From: a virus
Lineage: Duplodnaviria; Caudoviricetes
IMG/VR virus record: IMGVR_UViG_3300046170_000227
Span: 1 to 60,106 of that record
Reading direction: 5' to 3' (one strand)
DNA: 60,106 nt
Shown: positions 10,524 to 21,800 of the stretch, piece after piece
Layout of the letters: each line of letters opens with the position of its first letter
How positions within the stretch are numbered: position 1 is the stretch's first letter
The notes under the pieces: model-generated
Databases searched by the model: none
What the model was told of the DNA's origin: nothing
What the model saw: the letters and a program-made list of their open reading frames with translations, nothing else
Made by a program: the position numbers and the translations under genes

Positions 10524-11357
10524 ATGTACTTTGGCGCAACACCTTTCGCCTCAGCTGCATTTTCAGATGTAGGCTTTAACCCTAATGCATTCGTCAATGT
10601 CCTTGGATCAAGGATCAACGAATCTACAGGCAACCCAACAATCATTGCAAACGCTTTAGTATTACCAACAGGTAATAGATTAAATACTACAATTGGTAAT
10701 GTTGAAATTAATATTAATCAAACCGTATCTCCAACAGGTCAAAGATTAAATTTCTCTACAGGTTCTGTTACAGTTACCGCAGCAGCTAACTTTGGTGTTA
10801 CTGGGAATGGTTATGAAATTGATACGGGAATTGCTAAAGCTATTGATGTAGTAGGTGTATCCGGTAACAGATTAAATCTTGATACAAGTTCTGTCACAAC
10901 TATTGGTAAAGCAAAAATCATTCCAACAGGATCAAGAATCAATGAGGCTACTGGTACAGTTACACTTGCATTTAAATACAATGTAACAGGATCAAGAATT
11001 AATGAGGCTACCGGTACAGTTACAACGACTGCAGCAGCAGGAGTCTTGCCTCAGGGATCACGGATCAATGAATCTACAGGAGAAGTTACAATTGTTGCAG
11101 GAGCAACTATTACACCTACAGGAAGTGGTATTGAAATCGCTATTGGAAATGCTACAACCAAAGCTAACGCAACAGCTATTGTTACAACTAATAGACAAAA
11201 CTTATCTACAGGAACAGTAACTATTAAAGCTAAAGCTAAAGTCTTACCAACAGGTGTAGGATTAGAAGTAGCGGTACCTACTTCTATTAACATTAAACAA
11301 TGGGACGGTGTAGTACCAGGCGTCTCACAAACTTGGACAAGGATTCAAACACCGTAA
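10524..11357 (+). CDS. Repetitive virion structural protein
   Basis: 277 aa with repeated GSRINE(S/A)TG.VT units. Confidence 0.6.
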   Translation: MYFGATPFASAAFSDVGFNPNAFVNVLGSRINESTGNPTIIANALVLPTGNRLNTTIGNVEININQTVSPTGQRLNFSTGSVTVTAAANFGVTGNGYEIDTGIAKAIDVVGVSGNRLNLDTSSVTTIGKAKIIPTGSRINEATGTVTLAFKYNVTGSRINEATGTVTTTAAAGVLPQGSRINESTGEVTIVAGATITPTGSGIEIAIGNATTKANATAIVTTNRQNLSTGTVTIKAKAKVLPTGVGLEVAVPTSINIKQWDGVVPGVSQTWTRIQTP

Positions 11358-11605
11358 TGTTTTTTGGAGCAACACCTTTCGCATCAACTACTTTTGCCGG
11401 AGTCGGTATACAGAATATCACTGTATTAGCTAATGGTAATAGATTAAATATAGCAATAGGTAATACAACAGTTGATCTAGTGACTACAGTAAACGTTACA
11501 GGACAACAATTTAACCTTGCAAATAACCCTGTAAGTGTGATATCATGGAACCCAATACCACCAGGAGTAAATCAAGTTTGGGTCCCTATAGACCCAGACG
11601 CATAG
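11357..11605 (+). CDS. Short paralogue of upstream structural protein
   Basis: ATG 11357, MFFGATPFAS... resembles MYFGATPFAS of ORF 10524; shared W....PGV.Q.W end. Confidence 0.55.
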   Translation: MFFGATPFASTTFAGVGIQNITVLANGNRLNIAIGNTTVDLVTTVNVTGQQFNLANNPVSVISWNPIPPGVNQVWVPIDPDA

Positions 11606-11612
11606 GAGAATT

Positions 11613-12332
11613 ATGGCATCAAGTACATCAACAGACTTAAAACTAGAACTCATAACAACAGGTGAAAAATCTGGTACATGGGGAACTATTACTAATACAA
11701 ACTTACAAATTTTAGAACAAGCAGCTAGTGGTTATCTATCACTTGCAGTAGGTGGAGCGGACGTTGCTTTATCTTTAGCTAATCATGCTACAGCAAACGG
11801 TAAAAATTTATACTACAAACTAACAGGAACTTTAACAGCAGCAAGAACAGTTACTATGCCGGATGGCGCTGAAAGAGTATTTATTATAGAAGATGCAACA
11901 GCAAGATCTTCTTCTAATTATACATTAACAGTTAAAACAGTTTCAGGAACAGGTGTTACTTTACCTGTAGGATCAACAACTATTTTATATTCTGATGGTA
12001 CAAACGTTACAGGAAAATTACAGACAAAAGGATACTACACACCACCTTCTACTTATACAGCAGTTAACGGTGATCAATTATTAATAAACACATCTGGAAG
12101 TGGTATTGGTACAGCAGTTACAATTAACTTACCAGCATCCCCTGCAATAGGTAATGAAGTACATTTTATAGACAGTGGTAATGCTTTTGCATCTAACAAT
12201 TTAACAATCGGTAGAAACAGTTCTAATATTTTAGGTGCCGCTTCTAATTTAGTGGTTAATGCTAATGGTGCTGCATTTACTTTAGTGTATGTTAATGCAA
12301 CTAGAGGCTGGATTTATAAAGATAACATATAG
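11613..12332 (+). CDS. Tail structural/fibre protein
   Basis: LELITTGEKSGTWG.ITNTNL N-terminus; TINLPASP...LVY...GW C-terminus. Confidence 0.6.
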   Translation: MASSTSTDLKLELITTGEKSGTWGTITNTNLQILEQAASGYLSLAVGGADVALSLANHATANGKNLYYKLTGTLTAARTVTMPDGAERVFIIEDATARSSSNYTLTVKTVSGTGVTLPVGSTTILYSDGTNVTGKLQTKGYYTPPSTYTAVNGDQLLINTSGSGIGTAVTINLPASPAIGNEVHFIDSGNAFASNNLTIGRNSSNILGAASNLVVNANGAAFTLVYVNATRGWIYKDNI

Positions 12333-12343
12333 GAGCATGGACC

Positions 12344-14290
12344 ATGGCTCTAATTGATTTTAAAGTCTTACCAGGAATAGACAAACAAGATACTGCATCT
12401 GGTGCTGAAAACAGATGGATTGATTGTGATAACACAAGGTTTAGATATGGACTACCTGAAAAAGTAGGTGGTTGGTCATCATTAGTTACAGATACAATAG
12501 TAGGTGTTGCAAGACGTCAGTTTGCTTTTGTAGATCTAGATGGAAATAGATATATTGCAATCGGTACAGATAAATTTTTACTTATATATTTTGAAGGTCA
12601 GTTATATGACATTACACCTTTAAAAACTACACTAGCTTCTTGCACCATTGCAACAGTTAACAACTCAGCTGTTTGTTCTATAACAAAATCAAATCATGGC
12701 CTAAGTGCAGGGGACATTATATTATTAGATAATGTAACTTTACCAAGTAGTACAGGTTATCAAAACTCTGATTTTGAAGATAAATTATTTCAAGTAACAA
12801 GTATTACAAGTACAAGTGTATTTACAATTACACAAAGCTCTAATGCAACAGCAACTGTTTCAACAGGTGGTAGTTTAGAAGTTAAACCTTACGAACAAGT
12901 GGGTCCTGCAGAACAATCTTATGGTTATGGTTGGGGTATTGATACTTGGAGTAGTGGAGCATGGGGAGAAGCAGCTTCTGCATCTGACGTATCACTTGAA
13001 CCCGGGTTATGGTCATTAAGTAATTTTGGTCAGGTACTAGTTGCAACAATTGCAAATGGAAAAACTTTTACATGGGACGCTGGTATTGCTGCAAGATTAA
13101 CAACTAGATCATCTACATCAACTTCAGGTTTTTCTACATCAGCTAATCCAACAGCAACTAGAGTTACACTAGTATCACCTACAACACGTCACTTAATTCA
13201 TTTAGGTACTGAAACAACTATTGGAGATACATCAACACAAGACGATATGTTTATAAGATTCTCGGACCAAGAAGATATAAATGATTATACACCTACTGCA
13301 ATTAATTCAGCAGGTTCACAAAGACTACAAGATGGTACAAAAATTATGGGTTCATTAAAAGCAAAAGAAACAATTTTGGTTTGGACCGACAATGCTTTGT
13401 ATACAATGAAATTTATTGGTGCACCTTTTACATTTGGTTTTGAACAAGTTGGTACTAACTGTGGATTGATTGGTAAAAATGCAGCTGTTGAAATAGATGG
13501 TGCTGCGTTTTGGATGAGCCCTAATGGTTTCTTTATGTTTGATGGTACAGTTAAATCACTACCTTGTTCTGTTGAAGATTATGTTTATGACCAAGCAGAT
13601 ACTACAAAAGGTCAACAAATTTGTGCTGGTATAAATAATTTATTTACAGAAGTAACTTGGTATTATCCATCAACTAGTTCTGATTATAATGATCAGTATG
13701 TGGTATTTAATTATGGAGAACCTATGAAAGGTGGTGTTTGGTATATAGGTACAGAAGCAAGAACATCTTGGATTGATGCTAGTGTATATCCTAAACCATC
13801 GGCTACTAAATTTAGTGACTCAGCAACAGGTACTTTTCCTGTGATAGTAGGTCAATCAGGTTTAGGTCAAACAACATTATTTGAACACGAAGTAGGAACA
13901 GATCAAGTTAATCCTAATGGTAGTACAACAACAGTTACATCATTTGTAAAATCATATGACTTTGATCTACAAGCAAAACAAAAAGATGCACAAGGTAAAT
14001 CAAGTGGTCCTACAATAGCGGGTGAAGTATTTTTAGCTATGAGAAGATTTGTACCAGATTTTAAAGACTTACAAGGTAATGCAAAAGTAACCCTTGCTGT
14101 TAAACGTTATCCACAACAATCAGAGACAACAACAGCTTTAAGTCCTTTTACAGTTAGCTCAAGCACTGAAAAAAAAGATACTAGAGCTAGAGGTAGATTT
14201 GTTAATATTAAAATAGAAAATACAGACGTTAGTGAGTCTTGGAGATTTGGAACTTTAAGAATAGATGTACAACCGGATGGTAAAAGATAA
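12344..14290 (+). CDS. Putative tail nozzle/tubular protein B-like
   Basis: 648-aa beta-rich protein with IRFSDQED and FFMFDG motifs; podoviral tail position. Confidence 0.6.
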   Translation: MALIDFKVLPGIDKQDTASGAENRWIDCDNTRFRYGLPEKVGGWSSLVTDTIVGVARRQFAFVDLDGNRYIAIGTDKFLLIYFEGQLYDITPLKTTLASCTIATVNNSAVCSITKSNHGLSAGDIILLDNVTLPSSTGYQNSDFEDKLFQVTSITSTSVFTITQSSNATATVSTGGSLEVKPYEQVGPAEQSYGYGWGIDTWSSGAWGEAASASDVSLEPGLWSLSNFGQVLVATIANGKTFTWDAGIAARLTTRSSTSTSGFSTSANPTATRVTLVSPTTRHLIHLGTETTIGDTSTQDDMFIRFSDQEDINDYTPTAINSAGSQRLQDGTKIMGSLKAKETILVWTDNALYTMKFIGAPFTFGFEQVGTNCGLIGKNAAVEIDGAAFWMSPNGFFMFDGTVKSLPCSVEDYVYDQADTTKGQQICAGINNLFTEVTWYYPSTSSDYNDQYVVFNYGEPMKGGVWYIGTEARTSWIDASVYPKPSATKFSDSATGTFPVIVGQSGLGQTTLFEHEVGTDQVNPNGSTTTVTSFVKSYDFDLQAKQKDAQGKSSGPTIAGEVFLAMRRFVPDFKDLQGNAKVTLAVKRYPQQSETTTALSPFTVSSSTEKKDTRARGRFVNIKIENTDVSESWRFGTLRIDVQPDGKR

Positions 14291-14454
14291 TGGCTAAAGT
14301 AATAGTAAGACTACCAGAACCAAAAGAAGAGTATGATGTATCTAACCAAAAACAAATTAATAGAGCAATTGCTTTAATTGTAGAACAATTAAACTCTACA
14401 TTTTTAAACGAACAGAAACAAGAACAAGAAAGGTTTGCGTGGCTTAATGGCTAA
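14290..14454 (+). CDS. Hypothetical protein (54 aa)
   Basis: Manually translated MAKVIVRLPEPKEEY...AWLNG*; overlaps both neighbours. Confidence 0.55.
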   Translation: MAKVIVRLPEPKEEYDVSNQKQINRAIALIVEQLNSTFLNEQKQEQERFAWLNG

Positions 14455-14776
14455 TATATACACAAATGCAAAAGTAGATTTAACTACTACAGGAGAAACG
14501 GTTTTATATACAGCACCCTCTAATTCTAGAGCAATTGTAAAATCTATATTGGTATCAAACGACGCTGGAAGTGCAGCAACTATAACGGTAACATTAACTA
14601 ATGCAGCTAGTGCTGTATTTAGTTTATTTAAAACAAAGTCAATAGCTTCTAATGCTACTGAACAATTATTAACAGAACCACTAATTTTATTAGAAAGTGA
14701 GGTATTGAAAGTTACCGCATCTGATGCTAATGAGTTACATGTAGTGGCATCTTTATTAGAAATAAACAGAGACTAA
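14447..14776 (+). CDS. Small virion structural protein
   Basis: ATG 14447, MANIYTNAK...LYTAP; in the structural operon. Confidence 0.55.
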   Translation: MANIYTNAKVDLTTTGETVLYTAPSNSRAIVKSILVSNDAGSAATITVTLTNAASAVFSLFKTKSIASNATEQLLTEPLILLESEVLKVTASDANELHVVASLLEINRD

Positions 14777-14785
14777 GGAGAAAAC

Positions 14786-15028
14786 ATGGCGTTTAAAGAA
14801 GAAGGATCAGTAAATTACACAATGATAAATGGTAAAAAAGTACCTGTTGTTAAGTGTGAAACTGAGGTAGTATTAAGAAATACACAAACAAGTTATGAGT
14901 ATAATTCTGATCAAGAGGCAGAAGATGATATTAATAATGCAGAGACAGCAACACAAAGAGAACACGTGACAAGATCATTAAAAATTAAAGTAGCAGCAAT
15001 GCCACCATTAGGAGCAGCGTCAGAGTAA
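14786..15028 (+). CDS. Hypothetical protein
   Basis: 80-aa ORF with AAGGAG RBS. Confidence 0.55.
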   Translation: MAFKEEGSVNYTMINGKKVPVVKCETEVVLRNTQTSYEYNSDQEAEDDINNAETATQREHVTRSLKIKVAAMPPLGAASE

Positions 15029-16944
15029 TGGCAATAACAAACGCACAACAATACAAACAACTATTAGCTAAAGGTGGACGTATCGGACTTAAAGGTGGAG
15101 CTGATGCTTCTACAGAATCTTTTTCAAAATCTTTTGACAGACAGCATGGAACTAATACTGCAAGCAGAGCTACAAAAGATAATAGTGTAAATGTTGGAGC
15201 AGGTGGTGCAAATACTAGAGGAGATGATGGACGTAATGATAATTTAAATGTTCCATCTTCTGATACAGGTATTACAAAACGACAAAAAGATAAATATGAT
15301 AATCAATTTTATGAAAAAGATCAGTTATCTCCAAGTGATAAAAATTTAAATTTTATTGCTAAACATAATAAAAAAAAGAGAATTAATTATATCAATGATT
15401 TAATTGCTTCTAGACGAAACAAAATAAATGCAGGTTTAATACAGTTTCAAGATGAGTATGGTCAAATAGAAGGTCTTACAGACTTTGATGAAATAGAAGA
15501 TTATATAAATAATGTAGCTTCTGTTACAGATTATACAAAAGGAGATCCAAATAAATTTAAAGATGTATATGATCCCAAAGGTCTTTATGCTACAGGACAA
15601 AAAATTCCTGATTTTTTTACTAAAATAGATCCAAATGCAATTCCGACCCTAGCAGGAAAAGGTGTAACTGCTGTTGCAAATTTTATAGGACCTAAAATGG
15701 CTGGACCCGTAACAAAAGAAAAATTATTAGAATTACTTGGGGAACAAAAAACATTAGAAAATTATTTAACTACAGATAATTTAAAAGATATTTCTATTAA
15801 TGACTTAAAAGAAACTTATCAACCCAATAGATTTAAACTAGAGAATCCAGAACCAGGTGGTGGAGGCGGAGGTCAACAACAAGACCCATGTAAAGGACCC
15901 AACCCACCGGCTTATTGTTTTGTTGGTAATAATACTACAGAAGAAGATGTAACACCTACAAGAAATTTAGGTGGCCTTGCTCCAAGAATCGCGGGCTCTA
16001 TATTTAATTTCGATGGCCTTGCTGATGGCGGACGTGCAGGAAAGATGGACGGTGGTATGATGGAAGATACTCCTGAAGGAGGAATCATGGACCTTGAATC
16101 AGGAAGACAGATGTATTTCTTAGGTAAACTAGTTAAAAAAGCAACAAGAGCTGTTAAGAAAGTTGTTAAGTCTCCGATAGGTAAAGCTGCGTTGATGTAT
16201 GGTTTAGGTGCTATGGGTGGATCTTATGGTGCAGGAAAAGGATTTTTTAGTAAAGGTATGTTTAATATTGGTAATATGAAACGTGGTTTATTAGGAGCAA
16301 ACAGTTTAATGATGAATAAAGCAGGTTTAGGTAGTCAAGCAGCTATGAAAGGTTTATTTGGTAAACTAGGTTTAACTTCTGGTTATGGAGGACTGATGCC
16401 AACATTAAAAGGTGGTATAACTTTAGGTTTAGGTGTTCCAGCATTAATGGATTTATTTGGTAAAAAAGAAGAAGAGGATGATGGATTAGATGATTACTAT
16501 AGAAAAAATAGTATAGACATTGCTGATATAAGAAATAGACCTTATAATTTTTTAGCACCAAGAATAGCAGGAAGTCAGTTTGCTGCGGACGGTGGTAGAA
16601 TAGGTTATCAAGAAGGATCTAAAGAACCTGTTGCAAAAGAGACTATGCCATTATTAGATATGGACGGTCAAGAAATGGATTTAAGAGAAGAAGGTGGGTT
16701 CGTACCACTGGGTAGAATGGAAAGAGCAGATGACGTGCCTGCAAGATTATCAAAGAATGAATTTGTATTTACAGCTGACGCTGTTAGAAATGCAGGTGAA
16801 GGAGATATAGACAAGGGAGCAGAAGTCATGTATAACATGATGAAAAACCTCGAATCCGGAGGTGAAGTATCAGAGGAATCGCAAGGATTAGATGGCGCTA
16901 AAGAAATGTTTAAAACATCACAACGATTAGAGGAAGTATTATAA
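15028..16944 (+). CDS. Putative internal virion/ejection protein with AxGGR motifs and C-terminal VPARLSKNEFV domain
   Basis: 638 aa; G-rich hydrophobic segments; three AxGGR..G motifs. Confidence 0.6.
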   Translation: MAITNAQQYKQLLAKGGRIGLKGGADASTESFSKSFDRQHGTNTASRATKDNSVNVGAGGANTRGDDGRNDNLNVPSSDTGITKRQKDKYDNQFYEKDQLSPSDKNLNFIAKHNKKKRINYINDLIASRRNKINAGLIQFQDEYGQIEGLTDFDEIEDYINNVASVTDYTKGDPNKFKDVYDPKGLYATGQKIPDFFTKIDPNAIPTLAGKGVTAVANFIGPKMAGPVTKEKLLELLGEQKTLENYLTTDNLKDISINDLKETYQPNRFKLENPEPGGGGGGQQQDPCKGPNPPAYCFVGNNTTEEDVTPTRNLGGLAPRIAGSIFNFDGLADGGRAGKMDGGMMEDTPEGGIMDLESGRQMYFLGKLVKKATRAVKKVVKSPIGKAALMYGLGAMGGSYGAGKGFFSKGMFNIGNMKRGLLGANSLMMNKAGLGSQAAMKGLFGKLGLTSGYGGLMPTLKGGITLGLGVPALMDLFGKKEEEDDGLDDYYRKNSIDIADIRNRPYNFLAPRIAGSQFAADGGRIGYQEGSKEPVAKETMPLLDMDGQEMDLREEGGFVPLGRMERADDVPARLSKNEFVFTADAVRNAGEGDIDKGAEVMYNMMKNLESGGEVSEESQGLDGAKEMFKTSQRLEEVL

Positions 16945-17834
16945 TGGCGACAGAAACCACAATATCGCGACCAGCACCATTTGTAGAAGATATAGGAAAA
17001 GATTTAGCTAAACAGGCCGTTGCCTTTACAGGTGTTCCTGTTGTATCAGGTGGAATTGGAAGTTTATCACAACAAACAGGTGAGACTGCAGAAGGATTTA
17101 AAGCAAGACAAGATGCTGCAAGAGCATTTACAACAAGACAACAAAATTTAGCAGGACTTGCACCAACAGTTGCAGGTCAAGATGCATTACAAACACAAGC
17201 ACAAAATTTAGCAACACAAGGTGTTGGATCATACCAACCTTTTTTAGATCAAGCAAAAGCTTCAACTGGACCACAAGCTTTTCAAGAGTTTATGTCACCA
17301 TACCAATCACAAGTTATGGAAGCATCACTTGCAGAGTTTGATAGAAATGCACAAATGCAACAACAACAAATTTCAGATCAAGCAGTAGCATCAGGAGCTT
17401 TCGGTGGTGGACGTGAAGGTGTTATGCAATCAGAATATCAATTAGGTTCAGATAGAAACAGAGCGCAATTACAAGCAGGTTTATTAAATCAAGGGTTTCA
17501 ACAAGCTCAACAAGCAGCACAACAACAGTTTCAAAATCAACAAGGTCTAGCTCAATTAGTACCTGGATTACAAGGAACAGATATTTCACGTTTAGGTTCA
17601 TTGGGCGCATTGAATCAAGCGCAAACACAAGCGGGCCTAGATGCAACTAGAGAAGCAAACAGAATGGCTGCGTATCAACCACAAGAACAATTACAAAACT
17701 ACGGTAATCTTGTTACAGGGATCATGGGTGGAATGGCAGGATCAGGAACACAAACATCACAAGTACCAGATCCAGGATTCTTACAAACTGCATTAGGTGC
17801 AGCGGCTACTGGAGCAGGATATACGGCGCACTAA
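16944..17834 (+). CDS. Q/A/G-rich internal virion (DNA pilot/ejection-like) protein
   Basis: FMSPYQ, GAFGGGR, QGFQQAQ; probable small indel at the 3' end. Confidence 0.6.
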   Translation: MATETTISRPAPFVEDIGKDLAKQAVAFTGVPVVSGGIGSLSQQTGETAEGFKARQDAARAFTTRQQNLAGLAPTVAGQDALQTQAQNLATQGVGSYQPFLDQAKASTGPQAFQEFMSPYQSQVMEASLAEFDRNAQMQQQQISDQAVASGAFGGGREGVMQSEYQLGSDRNRAQLQAGLLNQGFQQAQQAAQQQFQNQQGLAQLVPGLQGTDISRLGSLGALNQAQTQAGLDATREANRMAAYQPQEQLQNYGNLVTGIMGGMAGSGTQTSQVPDPGFLQTALGAAATGAGYTAH

Positions 17835-17843
17835 AAAAATAAT

Positions 17844-18872
17844 ATGAATAGAACATTAAAAAGACCGATGTTTAGAATGGGTGGTTCTACAAACTCTGGT
17901 ATTACATCAGGGTTAGATACACCAAGACAAGGTTATAAAGTACCTGGAGTTGTAGATAAGAACGATGTAATTAGACAAGATGCACAAAGAATATTTGATG
18001 TTGGAGTTGATTTAAGAAAAGCAAATCAAATACCTACAGATAGGATGTTATATGGATCAGTACCAAGTTTATTAACTTCTTTTGGTTTAAATTTAATGTC
18101 ACAAACGCCTAGAGGTAAAGGTTTAACTGGATTATTGGCTACAGCGGGTGAAGCTGCAAAAGAACCTTTTTCACAATTTCAACAAGGTAGACTTATGCAA
18201 CAAGAGAAAGCTAGAGGGAGAAGAGATGATGCTTTAGACTCAGCAGTAGCAAGTGCTGTGGATCTTGAAAGAGAAAGAATTGAAGCAGCTGGTAAAGGAG
18301 CAGGTGGTACAGAATTTGAAAAAGAGAGAAGAGTTCAAATGTTGAATTCTCTTTATGATAATAAAATTCTTAAAAAAGAAGTTGAATTAGAAAATGCTTC
18401 AGGAGAAGCAAGAGATAAAGTTTTAGCTGATATAGAAACTTTAAGAAGAGAAAAAGAAGATTATGCAACATCTATTCTTGCAGGAACTATGACAGAAGAT
18501 GACTTTGTAAAAGATATTATTATAGCCGGTGTTAAAAATGATGTGTTTGATCCTGCTAAAGTTGCAGAAAAATATCCTGCATTAGCTGGATTATTATATG
18601 ATGAAATGGCAGATGGTGGTAGAGCTGGTTATAATGTAGGTGGATCAGCAATGATGCCAGCAGTTGCAGAAGCTGATGAAGATCAAGTTGAAAATTTATC
18701 TTTTACCGAACTAAGAGCAAGATTACCTCAATCTATAGATAATGATATTGTGCAAGTAATTGCTAATAGCAAACAAGCTCTATTAGATTTTGCAAATATT
18801 AGAGATCAACAAGATGTTGATCAATTCAACCAAAGATACAACGTAAGTTTGAATATAGCACAAGAGGGTTAA
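17844..18872 (+). CDS. Putative internal virion protein with AxGGR motif
   Basis: 342 aa; RPMFRMGG start and MADGGRAGYNVGG. Confidence 0.55.
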   Translation: MNRTLKRPMFRMGGSTNSGITSGLDTPRQGYKVPGVVDKNDVIRQDAQRIFDVGVDLRKANQIPTDRMLYGSVPSLLTSFGLNLMSQTPRGKGLTGLLATAGEAAKEPFSQFQQGRLMQQEKARGRRDDALDSAVASAVDLERERIEAAGKGAGGTEFEKERRVQMLNSLYDNKILKKEVELENASGEARDKVLADIETLRREKEDYATSILAGTMTEDDFVKDIIIAGVKNDVFDPAKVAEKYPALAGLLYDEMADGGRAGYNVGGSAMMPAVAEADEDQVENLSFTELRARLPQSIDNDIVQVIANSKQALLDFANIRDQQDVDQFNQRYNVSLNIAQEG

Positions 18873-21800
18873 ATGGCTGACCCTTTTAAACAAAAAGAAA
18901 AAAGCATAGAACGTGCTGAAACCATAACAGGACTTGCACGAGAAGTTTTAAACAAGAAGAAAAAACCTGTAAAGTTTACCTGGAAAGGTTTTGCTAATCT
19001 TGCATCTGGTTTTTTAGAAACAAATCCTTTTGATAAATTAAAAACAGACAGAATAAAAGAACTACAAGAAGGTTCCGAAGCTAAAGAAAAAGACTATATA
19101 GATTTTTTTGAAGATATAGAAAAAAGTTTGTATGGTGGTGTTCAAGATTTAGGTTACGCTGTAGGAGACTTGTTAACATCTGGTGTTGATGCTGTAGCAG
19201 GAACAGATCTTTCAGAAAAATTAGATGAAGTTTATGAAGAAAATAAAATAAAAGATCCTGAAACATTAACAGGTTCTATTACAAAAGTTCTTACACAATA
19301 CGCTGTACCAGGTGGTGCAGCATTTAAAATATTAAACAGAGTTAAAATACTTCAAAGAAATAGAAAACTAGCAGAGACTGGAACTAAATTACAAAAAGGA
19401 TCACAGATTGCAAAGAGAGCTGGTTACATGGCAAGTGCTCTTGCCGCAACAGACTTTGTTGCATCTACTCCGGACAAAGAAACTTTATTTGTAAAAGAAG
19501 AAAAAACAGAAGGATTAACTGGTAGAGATTTAGCATTAGCAAAACTAAGAAACAGAGTTAGATTTGGTGCAGAAGGTGCATTGCTTGGTGGTGGTTTTTC
19601 AATGATTGGTAAACCAGTGGCTCTTGGTTTTAAATATGGTATCTTTAAACCTGGTGCAAAGATCGCGGGCCTTGGATTAAAAGCAGTAGACAAGACTATT
19701 GTATCACCACTCACGTACTTTGGATCAAAAGCAATACCAGCACCTGCAGGAAAAGCTATAAGAAATGCAAGTGCGTTTGTAGTAAACAAAGCGTTAGCAC
19801 CAATTAGATTAGGTACTGGAGCAAAACAATTACCTAAGTTTCAAGAATGGAAATTATTCAGTAGAGATAGTAAAGACCCACTAGAAAGAAGATTAAAAAA
19901 ACTATCTGGTTTTTTAGAAAAGTTTACATCACAAGGAAAACTAACAGGACTTGGCTATCAAATATCATCAGAAGCTAAAAGAGAAATTAAAGCACAATCA
20001 AGAACTATAGAAAAATATTTAGAGTCTATTGAAAAGAAAGCGTACAATTTAGCAAAAGATTTTGAAACAAAACACAATACAAGAACTACATCAGAAGCTA
20101 GTCAAGATTATTATCTAGATCAAATACTTGGTTATTTAAAGGGTAATGTAAAATTAAAATCAGTTGCACCTGATCTTCAAGGAAGTGCGAAAAGTTTAAA
20201 TAATGAATTGGTACAAATAAAACAAAAGTTCGCAGATCTACTACCTGAAGGTGATCTTAAAAATTTTATGTTAGATAATTTAAAAACATATATGAGACAA
20301 TCATTTAGTATTTTTACTAACCCAAACTATCAACCAGATAAAAAAATATATGATGGTGCAGTAAACTGGGTAGCTAAAAATGTTGTACAAGCAAACAAAG
20401 ATTTAAGAGAAGAAGCTTTAAAAACACTAAAGACCGGTAAGATGACAGACAAACAAGCTATTGATGAAATGGCTGAGTCTTTAACAGATAAGATATTGAA
20501 AGCTGGTAAACAAGATGGTGCAGATCCATTACAAGTATTAAGAAATGTAGCAGGAAAAGATTTTTTAAGAACAGATAGAATAATAAGAACTGGTGAAGAA
20601 TTACCAGATGCTATTAGAAAATTATTGGGACAAGAAAATAATTTAAAGTCTTCTGTACTAACTACTACATCACATGCAATTACACACGCAGTTAACAAAC
20701 AATCTTTTGATAAACTAGCTAAGATAGGTTTAGATGAGGGTTGGTTATTTAGAAGCAAGGCTGCAGCTGACGCTAAAAGATATTTAGATGCAGATAAAAT
20801 AGGTGATATAAAAAGTTTAGGTTTACTTAAAAGTGAAATGTCTAAACTATATGCAACACCAGAATTACTAGATGTGTTTAGACAAACAAGAAAAGGTTTA
20901 GATACATGGATACAAAATGGTGTTTACAGAAACATACTACAATTAAAAGTAGCAGCACAGTATGGTAAAACTGTACTATCACCTGTTACACAAGTACGTA
21001 ACGTTTCATCAGCAAGTTTATTTCCACTAGCTAATGGTCACATAGGTGGTAGAGCTTCGGTATCAGAATCATTAAAGATGACAATCGATGATATATTTGG
21101 TGCAGGAAAAGTTATAGATGAAGATGCATTTATCAAAAATATAGAAAACAAAATTAGACTTGGGGTATTAGATGAAAACATTGTAGCATCAGAACTTAAA
21201 GCAGTGTTGCAAGAAATAAAAAGTACAAGGGGTCTAACAAGTTTAGACAAAATTATAAGAGCATTATCTGATGGTAAGTTTGCATTTGATGATACAGCTC
21301 TTAAAAAAACTGGAGAAACAATAAGTAAGTTTGGTAAAGGTGCTACAAGAGTATATGCAGGTGGTGATAATATGTGGAAATGGTATGGACATGAATATGT
21401 TAAATCACAATTAAGAGGTTTGTATAGTAAGACAAGTGATATTTCTAAATGGTATGATGAAATTGTAGGTAGAAAATTTGACCCTAAAAATACATTCACA
21501 GGAAAACTAAAAACATTTGATGAAGCAGTAGATGAAGCTGCTGCATGGTATATTAGAAACACGTATCCAACATACAGTAAAGTTCCTGAGTTTGTTCAAT
21601 CAATTAGAAAGTTACCATTTGGTAACTTTCGTATCTTTCCCAGCAGAGATGATAAGAACAACATACAACATTATAGAATTGGGTGCAAAAGAAGCTACAT
21701 CAAATAATCCTAAATTAAGACAGATGGGTCTTAGAAGACTACTAGGAGCATATGTAACATTATCTGGAACAGGAGCAGCTGTAGGTAAAACAGCACAAGC

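Noticed and set aside
21600-21710. Programmed frameshift in the large virion protein and other split genes
   Set aside because: No slippery heptamer or stimulatory structure seen; similar breaks interrupt PolA, primase and helicases.
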